Source: a bacterium
GTDB lineage: Bacteria > CG2-30-53-67
Reading direction: 5' to 3'
Assembly: GCA_919901565.1 (NCBI GenBank)
Contig: CAKKPE010000107.1
Span: 7,091-71,090, forward strand
DNA: 64,000 nt
Shown here: positions 40,908-51,370 of the stretch, one piece after another
How the letters are laid out: each line of letters starts with the position of its first letter
Position numbering within the stretch: the stretch's first letter is position 1
Notes under the pieces: model-generated
The model's database searches: none
What the model saw: only the letters and a program-made list of their open reading frames with translations
Told to the model about the DNA's origin: nothing
Made by a program: the position numbers and the translations under genes

Positions 40908-41165
40908 ATGCTAAAACCATTGAAGGATCGACTTTTGGTCAGCTACCTGGAAAAGGAAGAGAAGACGGCCGGAGGGATCATCATTCCGGACACCGCCAAG
41001 GAACGCCCTCAGAAAGGGAAGGTGGAGGCCATCGGTAAAGAAGTGGAGGATATCAAGGTTGGAAATGTGATTATGTTCAAGACCTATTCTCCGGACAACA
41101 TCAAGATGGATGGCAAGGAGTATGGTATTTTAAAAATGGAAGACGTCATGGGAATTATTGAATAA
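40908..41165 (+). CDS. groES: Co-chaperonin GroES
   Basis: [22 protein letters not shown]. Confidence 0.96.
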   Translation: MLKPLKDRLLVSYLEKEEKTAGGIIIPDTAKERPQKGKVEAIGKEVEDIKVGNVIMFKTYSPDNIKMDGKEYGILKMEDVMGIIE

Positions 41166-41173
41166 CATCTTGA

Positions 41174-42844
<1,671 letters not shown>

Positions 42845-42875
42845 TTTAAATCTTTTTTTCAAAAGCACTGATATG

Positions 42876-42909
42876 ATCCCTCTGTGATTCTCACAGAGGG
42901 ATTTTTTTT
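42876..42909 (+). terminator. Intrinsic terminator after groEL
   Basis: atccctctgtga-ttc-tcacagagggat followed by a T tract. Confidence 0.9.
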
Positions 42910-42943
42910 AAGAAGGTTTATGTGAGAGTTCTCAAAAATCTAT

Positions 42944-43510
42944 TTAGGAGAGAAAGGCCTCACGCTCATCCGGGGTGATCTCCACCTCTTCAGAGGCCTT
43001 GCCTTTTCGGAAAGGGTGCAGGCCCGCCATCTCATTCACATTCGAGTCCTGTTTTTTCAGTTCCGTGTGGAACCTTTCCATATAGAGAAATTTCTGGCCA
43101 AGAACTTCAAAACAGCGATATTGATAGAGAAGATGGATGTGGAGAGGGGCTGCCCTGAGAAATCTTTTCATAAGCAAAGGGAATTCCGGGTAGATCAGGG
43201 CAGCCCCGGGGGGGACGGTTTTTCTTAAATCAAGGCTCGGAAACAACTGCCGAAGTACGGAGAGGTTTTTTGTAAACCAGTCCAACTGGGCATCGGCATT
43301 CAACAGGGCGTTTTCATCGGGCTTGATGTCTGCAAAGATGAGCAGGGGCCTCTCCTCGTTATCCTTCGCCACCAGATCGATCAAGGGGAACTCTTCATCC
43401 CCGATTGGACCGCCAAGGATTTCAACCCCCTCTTCAATCATGGATGCAGTGTTTTTGATGAGTTCTATCAGGTCCTTTTTTTTATTCAGTTGGATGTGTT
43501 TAAAGGACAT
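42944..43510 (-). CDS. Hypothetical protein, degenerate NucS/PD-(D/E)xK-like fold
   Basis: IEEGVEIL...IDLVAKD...PLLI resembles the NucS C-domain, but the ExK motif is not canonical; overlaps the upstream gene. Confidence 0.6.
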   Translation of the reverse strand: MSFKHIQLNKKKDLIELIKNTASMIEEGVEILGGPIGDEEFPLIDLVAKDNEERPLLIFADIKPDENALLNADAQLDWFTKNLSVLRQLFPSLDLRKTVPPGAALIYPEFPLLMKRFLRAAPLHIHLLYQYRCFEVLGQKFLYMERFHTELKKQDSNVNEMAGLHPFRKGKASEEVEITPDEREAFLS

Positions 43511-44390
43511 GAGCCTTCTCTATGGAACGTAGTCTCTGGTCATGATCATCTATGATCAATCTGCTGATATTATAAATATGCCTTCGCATTTCAGAGGTGG
43601 ACCATTTCAAGACCAATGGAACCCCTTCAGCCATGGACTTTCCTATTTCTTCACATTTCTGAATGAAGGCGTAGCTGAGCAGATCCTTTTGAAGGAACCG
43701 TTTTGTATTTCCGGCCATTCGGGAAAATGCATCGGATGCATCCTGCTCGCCTTTTTCTGATAAAACAATCAGGCCGATCTGAATCTGCCGGGCTTTTTGA
43801 TGGAGAGCCTTGATCACAGAGTAGGATTCAAGCATGCCTGTCCGGTCTGTCGGGGCAATGACCATGAAGAGGGATATCTGGCGGAGCATGGCCCCCAGTT
43901 CTTCCAAGCGATTGTATGGGATGTGAAAAATAATAAAATCAAATTTCTGGTACTCTTCAGGCCAGGGATAACGATTGCCATTCTGATGGATATCCCTGTA
44001 AGACAGGAGATGACTGAGAAAGGGGGTGCGGTAGGTCGTCCTGACGCCCATGGGGGCATGGATCAGGATGGGTTCGGCAGCGTTTTCAATGTCCATCAGC
44101 CCCATCAGCCGGGTTACATTCAAATTTCCCGGATCATCGTCCACCACCAGTACCCGATACCCTTGCCTGGCCAACTCGATGGAAATGTTGCAGATGGCGA
44201 ATATCCCCATGGTGTCCATAGGCCCGCCCGTGATGCCGATGGTTTGGATCTCAGGCATGGCCTGACGCTTTGCATCAAACTCAGGCACGCTGCGATCAAG
44301 AGGAATGTCGGTCACAGTTTTTGAGGATTCAGCAGAGAAGAATACATCGGATATTTCCTCGAGCCCTCTTCCCAACCTCCTCCCTTTCAT
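43500..44390 (-). CDS. Degenerate MinD/FlhG-like protein with N-terminal LGRGL peptide
   Basis: MKGRRLGRGL; ELARQGYRVLVVDDD; the Walker A position reads TGGPMDTMG. Confidence 0.75.
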   Translation of the reverse strand: MKGRRLGRGLEEISDVFFSAESSKTVTDIPLDRSVPEFDAKRQAMPEIQTIGITGGPMDTMGIFAICNISIELARQGYRVLVVDDDPGNLNVTRLMGLMDIENAAEPILIHAPMGVRTTYRTPFLSHLLSYRDIHQNGNRYPWPEEYQKFDFIIFHIPYNRLEELGAMLRQISLFMVIAPTDRTGMLESYSVIKALHQKARQIQIGLIVLSEKGEQDASDAFSRMAGNTKRFLQKDLLSYAFIQKCEEIGKSMAEGVPLVLKWSTSEMRRHIYNISRLIIDDHDQRLRSIEKAHVL

Positions 44391-44465
44391 GGGATCTCCT
44401 TATCATGCTCAGATGGACATGAATGTGTGTCCTGAAAAATATTGTGTATCTAACGGCCTTTATGG

Positions 44466-45611
44466 TTATTGGGACGGGCGCTCTGTCTTTATATCCAATG
44501 CGGGACCACTTTCTTCTTGATGAGATCGTTCCCAGTAAGGTACTTCCACAACGGAGTCCACTCCGCCGAACTCGTTGACGATGTAGTTAGGGTTGTGCTG
44601 ATCCTCCTTCCACTCGCCATCCGCGATGAATTTATAATGGTATTTTCCAGGCGGCAGGTGGATCACTTTTTTCCAGGTCCCATCCGGTTGTTTATGGAGT
44701 TCATAAGACGGATCCGGCGTCCAGTTATTAAAGTCTCCGACCAGTTTCAGGGATTGCACATTGGAGGCCTTGTAGGAGAAGAGAATACCGTTTGTCACCG
44801 GGCAAGGGCCCAGTATTTGGGCTGTCTGCTTCTGCACCTCTTTTTCTGGAATTTGAATCACCTCTTGCGTAAGGGCAAGAAAGTCTTTATATCCGACACA
44901 ATTTTTATCAAACTCGGTAATGGGAGAGCCGAAACTGGCCGCTTCTTTGAGGCGGATATTGAAATGGATAACCGTCTGAAAAGTATTTTCCTTGAAGTGT
45001 TTCTTGACCTCCTCAAAGATCTCGCTGGAAAGTCTTGTCCTTTTATCGAACATGGTGAGCAGGATATGGATCTGGATGTCGTGACCCAGCTTTTCTGAAA
45101 ACATCTGAATGGTTTCAGTCAGCTTTCCAAGACCGTGTAGTGAAAAAAAGCTCGGTTCAACGGGGATGATGACGTCCTGGGATGCCGTCAATGCATTGAA
45201 AGACAATAGTCCCACAGAAGGAGGACAGTCGATCAGGATATAGTCATATTCCCTCTTCAGGCCCTGGATGGCCTGCAGAAGCCTGGTTTCTCTCCCGGGG
45301 GTATTGGCCAGTTTTTGTTCAAAGGCGGACAGAACAATATTGGAAGGAATCAGGTCAAAATTTTCCCCGGCTGGGATGATAATATCTTCCAGTATGGGTC
45401 TATCCACCTCATCAATTGAGAGGAGGACATCATAAAGACAGATTTCAAGCTCTTTTGGCTTGATATTGAGACCTAAAGAAGCGTGTGACTGGGGGTCCAT
45501 ATCAATCAGTAAGACCCTTTTTCCCAGGGAAGCAAGAGATGCTGAAAGATTGATGGCCGTTGTTGTCTTGCCGCAGCCCCCTTTTTGATTTACAATCGAT
45601 ATTGTTTTCAT
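44466..45611 (-). CDS. ParA/Soj-family ATPase fused to a C-terminal CBM48 (AMPK-beta-type glycogen-binding) domain
   Basis: KGGCGKTT, IDMDPQ, IDCPPS; VGDFNNW...W...LPPGKYHYKFIADGEW..D..N...NEFGG..S. Confidence 0.9.
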   Translation of the reverse strand: MKTISIVNQKGGCGKTTTAINLSASLASLGKRVLLIDMDPQSHASLGLNIKPKELEICLYDVLLSIDEVDRPILEDIIIPAGENFDLIPSNIVLSAFEQKLANTPGRETRLLQAIQGLKREYDYILIDCPPSVGLLSFNALTASQDVIIPVEPSFFSLHGLGKLTETIQMFSEKLGHDIQIHILLTMFDKRTRLSSEIFEEVKKHFKENTFQTVIHFNIRLKEAASFGSPITEFDKNCVGYKDFLALTQEVIQIPEKEVQKQTAQILGPCPVTNGILFSYKASNVQSLKLVGDFNNWTPDPSYELHKQPDGTWKKVIHLPPGKYHYKFIADGEWKEDQHNPNYIVNEFGGVDSVVEVPYWERSHQEESGPALDIKTERPSQ

Positions 45612-45786
45612 AGTGCGCTCCTTTCAGGATGGCCTTCGCTCTGATATGGGAATACGATCTTCTTATTGAAGCTCGTTAGCAGTTCAGAACCTGTCATGGC
45701 CTTTTTCCGCGTCACCTCCTCATTAATCAATCTTATGCAGGAAAAGTTTCACACGGTGTCCTATTTTGTATTCATAGAGAGCATGT

Positions 45787-45802
45787 ACACTATATATAGT
45801 AT
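45787..45802. promoter_or_regulatory. NrdR-box-like palindrome
   Basis: ACACTATATATAGTAT versus consensus acaCwAtATaTwGtgt. Confidence 0.5.
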
Positions 45803-45919
45803 AGAAAGATAGACAAGATTATAAAGAATGTCAAGAAAAATTATCAATTTTTTGACAAAAAAAGATTAGCCCTTCTTGGATTCTCAGAAAGGCGGCGTAT
45901 GGCCGGAAGGGGATGATGC

Positions 45920-47284
45920 TTAAATCCCGTACTTTTCCATCTTGTACCTGAGGATCTTCCTGGTAATATGGAGGAGTTCTGCAGTATGGATCTGGACACC
46001 TTCCGCCTGGATCAGTGCCTTTTTGATGTAAGATTTCTCCATCTCTTCCACCAAATCGGATAGAGAGACCCCTTGTTCCGGAATGGTGATATCATTTAGG
46101 GATGTGGCGGGTTTTTGGGGACTGTTGGGGAATGTAAACGATCTTGGGGTTAATATATCAGCACGGGTCAACACAACGGAGCGCTCGATCATATTCTGAA
46201 GTTCCCGTACGTTTCCAGGCCAATCATAATGGATCAACATCTCCATGGCCTCAGGCAGGATGGTTTTTTTAGCCTGATGGGTTTCCGCCGAGTATTTATC
46301 TATGCAATGATGTACCAGAAGGGGGATATCCTCCCGGCGTTCCCGAAGAGGGGGAATGTCGATAGGAACCACATTAATCCGGTAATAGAGGTCCTCACGG
46401 AATCGGCCCTCCCGGACCCTCTGTTCCAGGTTGGTGTTTGTTGCAGCGATCATTCTCACATCCACCCGAAGCGTTTGTGTGCCGCCAAGACGTTCGAATT
46501 CCCCGTTCTGAAGGACCCTTAAGATTTTCACCTGGAGAAGCATGTCCATATCCCCGATTTCATCCAGAAAAAGGGTTCCGCCGTCCGCCAGCTCGAAACG
46601 CCCCGGTTTCTGACGTTCCGCCCCGGTGAAGGCCCCTCTTTCATATCCAAACAGCTCGGATTCCAGGAGGGTGCCGGGAATGGCCCCGCAGTTGAGCTTG
46701 ATGAAAGGCATGGACGATCGGTTGCTATGGTAATGAACGGCCCCGGCAACCAACTCCTTGCCGGTCCCGCTCTCCCCCCGGATCAGAACTGTGCTCTTGG
46801 TAGGGGCGATCTGTGTAATCATCTGGAAAATCCGCTGCATGGAATTGCTTCTGCCGATGATGTTGTCGAAGCGGTATTTTGACTGGAGTTCGGTTCGTAG
46901 CTGTTCGTTCTCTCTTGAAAGCCTTCGATAGCGGATGGCCTTTTCTACAACGACTTCCATTTCTGAAATGTCAAAGGGTTTTAAGATGTAATCAAAGGCC
47001 CCGGCCTTCATGGCTTCCACGGCGGTCTCCACCGTGCCATAGGCGGTCATGATGATGACAGGAATCTCTTCGCCTATGTTTTTGATTTCGTGGAGGACTT
47101 CCATTCCGGACATCCCCGGCATCTTCATGTCCGTGATTACCAGCGAAGGGGGCCTGGTTTTGGCCAGTTCTATCCCTTCAAGGCCTGTGCTGGCTGAGCT
47201 GACATGAAATCCGAGCCCTTCCAGGGAGATCTGAAGGATCCGATGCATCTTTTTCTCATCATCAATTACCAGGATCTCTTCCAT
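45920..47284 (-). CDS. sigma54-dependent response regulator (NtrC/AtoC-like)
   Basis: Receiver domain (DD, DMKMP, KP), GESGTGKE, GAFTGA, WPGNVREL, HTH. Confidence 0.95.
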   Translation of the reverse strand: MEEILVIDDEKKMHRILQISLEGLGFHVSSASTGLEGIELAKTRPPSLVITDMKMPGMSGMEVLHEIKNIGEEIPVIIMTAYGTVETAVEAMKAGAFDYILKPFDISEMEVVVEKAIRYRRLSRENEQLRTELQSKYRFDNIIGRSNSMQRIFQMITQIAPTKSTVLIRGESGTGKELVAGAVHYHSNRSSMPFIKLNCGAIPGTLLESELFGYERGAFTGAERQKPGRFELADGGTLFLDEIGDMDMLLQVKILRVLQNGEFERLGGTQTLRVDVRMIAATNTNLEQRVREGRFREDLYYRINVVPIDIPPLRERREDIPLLVHHCIDKYSAETHQAKKTILPEAMEMLIHYDWPGNVRELQNMIERSVVLTRADILTPRSFTFPNSPQKPATSLNDITIPEQGVSLSDLVEEMEKSYIKKALIQAEGVQIHTAELLHITRKILRYKMEKYGI

Positions 47285-47310
47285 GTGTGCACCTTTAAAA
47301 AATTACTCTC

Positions 47311-47607
47311 TTTCGTGTTTAAGTTGAAACGCTCAGAAATTGGAAGTTAAAGTATTTTTTGCACGCCTTAAGAATCAAAGATCAAAGATAAAAAATCAAA
47401 ATGGCAAATCAAAATATAAAAATGGCGCGGCCTCTTTTGAAAAGCCTGCCCTGGATTCAAGACATGAGTTCCCAATCGGGCAAGAAGCCGAAGCACCCGA
47501 ACCCGTCTTGATATTCATTTTTTATTTTTACTCTGTCATTTTGATTTTTGATTATTAATTTTTTATCTTTAACTTCTATACCCGTTCAACTTTCTTACGA
47601 AAGAACC
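47311..47607. repeat. Palindromic dispersed element family 1, copy E
   Basis: Same ends and arms; lies between the cognate kinase and regulator genes. Confidence 0.85.
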
Positions 47608-47612
47608 AAAAA

Positions 47613-49757
47613 TTATATAGCGGATCTTGTCCTGTGAATATCTTCCTGATAATCGCTATCAAACTTATCTGCCACGGGCAAATGAATGGTAAACCGTGTC
47701 CCCTTCCCGGCTTCACTGGACAGGAATATTTTTCCCTGATGGTTTTCGATGATTTTGCTGACTACGGAAAGCCCAAGTCCGGTTCCCTGTTCCTTTGTGG
47801 TAAAGAAGGGGTTGAACACCTTATTCAGGTCTCCCTCTGGAATTCCGATTCCAGTATCTTCGAAGATGATTTCGATCTGATTCACTTCCGGCAGATAACG
47901 CGTGGCGATCTCCAGGGAATCCCCCTGGTCCATGGCCTGGATGGCGTTCAGGATCAGGTTCAGAAACATCTGGTGCATCTGGTGCTCGTCCGCCATGACC
48001 AGAGGGAGGTCCGGTGCAAGGTTTTCATGGATGCAGATTCTATTCTTTTCTATCTGCAAGGCGGCCATCTGGATGGTTCCGCTAATCAGTTTGTTGATCG
48101 TCTGCGGTTTGAACTGCGGAGGTCTCGGCCGGGCGAATTCCAGAAAATCACTGATCACATCGTTCAAACGGTCGACCTCTTCCAGAATGACCGAACAAAG
48201 TTCGTCAAATCTCGGGGCCTGGGAGAGCGAATCCCTCTTGAGGATACCGGCCGCTCCCTTGATGATTCCCAGCGGGTTGCGGATCTCGTGGGCAATTCCT
48301 GCAGAAAGCTCCCCCATGGCTGCAAGGCGGTCCTGCCTCCGGATATGTTCCTTGAGCGCCTGGATTTCGGTGAGGTCCCGGATCAGGACAACCAGTCCGG
48401 TTTTAGAACCTGCGGATTTGCCGGGGTCATCCAGCGGGGAGAGGCTCAGTTCGATCGGGATGATAGCCCCGTCTTTTCTATGAAGCACGGTTTCCAGCCC
48501 CTCCTTGATCCGGCGGTTCTCGAGGCCATTCTGTATCAATTCGAGGATCAACGGGTCCTGATCAAAAACCACGGATATCTTTTCGCCTACAATTTTGTCC
48601 CCAGGCAAGTGCAGAATATTTTCGGTCGAGTGGTTTATTCTAATAATGCGCGCATCCGGATCAATGGTCATCACACCATTTAGGAGACTGCGAAGAATGT
48701 TCTCGGTATAGCTCTGGTTCTCCACAAGCTTGGCGATGGTCTCCTTGAGACGGTCAGTCATGAGGTTGAAGGATTCGGCAAGCTCTCCGATCTCGTCCCG
48801 GCTGTGGACCTGTATCTTCTGGTTGTAATCGCCGGCGCTGATGGCCCTGACCCCGTTTGATAACCGAACGATGGGCCAGGAGATCCCCGTGCCCAAAGCG
48901 GATCCGGCAATGACGGAGAGGAGAACGCCGATAAGGATCAGGATATAGTAGAAGCGGGTTGAGGCGAGTTTCCGGCTCAGGGTTTCAGAAGCGGATATCC
49001 CGTTGAATAAAATATATGATACGCGGCCATCCGCATCGGGCAGGGGTGTTAAAAGCGCATGATACTCTTCTTCCTTACCCTCAAGTCTGATTCTGGAATA
49101 CTTGGTGAATGCCTGGTGGCCGTTGATCGCCACCTTTTCCAGGATGTCCTCGGGAATATCCAGCTTTGCTTTTGTCTCTATGGAGAAGTAACCTCCGGAA
49201 GGGTCCTGTTTGAAAAACATGGACTCCACGCCGGTCACGCTCTTTAGGTCATTAAGAAACTCATTGTCCAGGGGGTAGCCGGTCATGATGGTTCCGATGG
49301 AACGCCCCTGGTCAGATACAGGAAGCAGAAAGACCAGGAGGGGCCATTTTTCATTGCCCGATTGTGTACGCAGAAGGGTCATCCCTTCCGCCGGATTTTT
49401 AGGGCGTGCGAACTTCTCCCCCGTGCTGGCGAAGATCATGGTGTTTTCATGGTTAAAAAGGTAAACCTGCAGAGGCGTATCAAACCAGAGGAATTTTATG
49501 TTCACTCCGCCCTGGATGACTTTTCTGAGCCTCGGGTCCCCGGAAAGGGAACGGGCCACTCCCTCGAGCTCGGTCTTCTTTCGGGCAATCAGATAAACGG
49601 CTGATTTCCCCGCATAGTTGATACGTTCCTCAATCCCTTTCTCAAGCCTGCCTGAAGCGATCTTGACCCCGATATATGTGGCGACAAGCATGGGGAAGAC
49701 GCCGATGATAATGAAGGCTGCGATCAATTTAATTCGTATGGAGAAACGCGTCATCAT
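47613..49757 (-). CDS. Membrane sensor histidine kinase (HAMP, PAS)
   Basis: Two TM segments, DEIGELA, AHEIRNPL, NLILNA, DTGIGI, GTGLGL. Confidence 0.94.
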   Translation of the reverse strand: MMTRFSIRIKLIAAFIIIGVFPMLVATYIGVKIASGRLEKGIEERINYAGKSAVYLIARKKTELEGVARSLSGDPRLRKVIQGGVNIKFLWFDTPLQVYLFNHENTMIFASTGEKFARPKNPAEGMTLLRTQSGNEKWPLLVFLLPVSDQGRSIGTIMTGYPLDNEFLNDLKSVTGVESMFFKQDPSGGYFSIETKAKLDIPEDILEKVAINGHQAFTKYSRIRLEGKEEEYHALLTPLPDADGRVSYILFNGISASETLSRKLASTRFYYILILIGVLLSVIAGSALGTGISWPIVRLSNGVRAISAGDYNQKIQVHSRDEIGELAESFNLMTDRLKETIAKLVENQSYTENILRSLLNGVMTIDPDARIIRINHSTENILHLPGDKIVGEKISVVFDQDPLILELIQNGLENRRIKEGLETVLHRKDGAIIPIELSLSPLDDPGKSAGSKTGLVVLIRDLTEIQALKEHIRRQDRLAAMGELSAGIAHEIRNPLGIIKGAAGILKRDSLSQAPRFDELCSVILEEVDRLNDVISDFLEFARPRPPQFKPQTINKLISGTIQMAALQIEKNRICIHENLAPDLPLVMADEHQMHQMFLNLILNAIQAMDQGDSLEIATRYLPEVNQIEIIFEDTGIGIPEGDLNKVFNPFFTTKEQGTGLGLSVVSKIIENHQGKIFLSSEAGKGTRFTIHLPVADKFDSDYQEDIHRTRSAI

Positions 49758-49790
49758 ACGATCTATCCATCTGCATGCCGGGTTACGAGA

Positions 49791-51329
49791 TCAGCTGGTC
49801 AACATGACTTCAAACTGCTCTTGATGAAACTCAGGTTCTCCCTTAATGACGATTCTTTTTTTGAATTTGTTCTCCAATTCTTCGACCTCTCTTCGTTGCT
49901 CATCATAGAGCATATCAGCCACATCGTTCTGGGCAACGACCAGGATCTTCTTTTCCTTGGTCAGCGTGGCCATCCTGCTGATCTCCCTGAAGATATCATA
50001 GCAGACCGTGATCTTGGATTTAATGTATCCCTCCCCTTCGCAGTAACTGCATGGCTCCATGATAATCCTTCCGAGGTTCTCCCGTACCCTTTTACGGGTC
50101 ATCTGGATGATGCCGAGTTCAGAAATCTCGTAGATCGTTGTCCTGGCCTTGTCGTTCATGAGGGCCTTTTGAAGGGCATTGAAGACCGTCATCCGGTTTT
50201 TCCTGTCCTCCATGTCGATAAAATCAAGGATGATGATCCCTCCGATATTCCGGAGCCTGAGCTGATAGGCGATTTCCCGGGCGGCCTCCATATTGGTTTT
50301 AAAGATGGTCTCCTCCAGGTTTCTCTTGCCCACATAACGCCCGGTATTTACATCAATGGCTACGAGGGCCTCGGTTTGATCAATGACGATATACCCTCCG
50401 GATTTCAGCCAGACCCTCCTTTTCAGGGCGCGTGAAATCTCCACTTCCACACCCTGTGTATCGAAGATCGGCTCGGTCCCGTCATACAGTTCGATCTTGC
50501 TCAACAGGTTAGGGAGAAACGTACCCACGAACTCCTTGACCCGGTAGTACTCGGAAGGCGAATCAATGACCATCCGATCCACTTCAGAGGTAAAGAGGTC
50601 TCGAATCACCCGGAATACCAGGTCCAGGTCGCTGTGGAGAAGGCAGGGGGCCGAGGCTTTCTCCGATTTTTTTTGTATATCGACCCATAGACGTTTTAAA
50701 AACTGCTTGTCCGCCATGAACTCCTCGTCGTTTTTCCCTTCACTGACCGTCCGTACGATGTACCCTTCTTCAGGGCCTTTGAGGCCTTTGATGATCCCCC
50801 TGAGCCTCTCCCGCTCTTTCTCATCGCTGATCTTTCTTGAGATCCCCACGTGATCCACGGAGGGCATATAGACCAGATTCCGACCGGGCAGGGATATGTA
50901 GGATGTGACGCGGGCCCCTTTGGTGCCGATCGGTTCCTTGGCGACCTGTACGACGATCTCCTGGCCTTCCTTGAGCAGATCCTCTATGGGCGTGGTGTAG
51001 GAAATCTGTGTATATTCCTCTTTGATCTCTTCATCGTTCTCCTCGTCGATCTCTTCGTCCTCGAATTCATTCTCAGGGATCATCTGGGGATAATGTTCCA
51101 CTTTGCTGTAGATGTCAGAGACATAGAGAAAAGCGGATTTTTCCAGGCCGATGTCGACAAACGCGGCCTGCATGCCGGGAAGGACCTTGATGACGCGTCC
51201 CCTGTAGATATTTCCCACCACGCCGCGGCCCTTTTTGCGGTCGATGTAAATCTCGACCACATTGTTGTTCTCCAACAAGGCAACCCGGGTCTCATAGGAG
51301 GTGGCGTTCACAATCAGTTCCGTGGTCAT
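49791..51329 (-). CDS. rng: Ribonuclease G (Rne/Rng family)
   Basis: GNIYRGRV..VLPGMQAAFVDIG, IDVNTG, LRLRNIGGII. Confidence 0.93.
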   Translation of the reverse strand: MTTELIVNATSYETRVALLENNNVVEIYIDRKKGRGVVGNIYRGRVIKVLPGMQAAFVDIGLEKSAFLYVSDIYSKVEHYPQMIPENEFEDEEIDEENDEEIKEEYTQISYTTPIEDLLKEGQEIVVQVAKEPIGTKGARVTSYISLPGRNLVYMPSVDHVGISRKISDEKERERLRGIIKGLKGPEEGYIVRTVSEGKNDEEFMADKQFLKRLWVDIQKKSEKASAPCLLHSDLDLVFRVIRDLFTSEVDRMVIDSPSEYYRVKEFVGTFLPNLLSKIELYDGTEPIFDTQGVEVEISRALKRRVWLKSGGYIVIDQTEALVAIDVNTGRYVGKRNLEETIFKTNMEAAREIAYQLRLRNIGGIIILDFIDMEDRKNRMTVFNALQKALMNDKARTTIYEISELGIIQMTRKRVRENLGRIIMEPCSYCEGEGYIKSKITVCYDIFREISRMATLTKEKKILVVAQNDVADMLYDEQRREVEELENKFKKRIVIKGEPEFHQEQFEVMLTS

Positions 51330-51370
51330 GGTATTATCCTATGGCTGTTCACGGTCATGGCCCATCGGGA

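Noticed and set aside
40908-41165. Short GroES lacking the roof hairpin
   Set aside because: Short GroES variants are known in several lineages; low novelty.
45608-45697. 29-codon uORF overlapping the parA start
   Set aside because: The RBS-like sequence is too far from its ATG and there is no other support.
47340-47558. 72-aa ORF with KNQRSKIKNQ
   Set aside because: Translation of the repeat arms; not preserved between copies.
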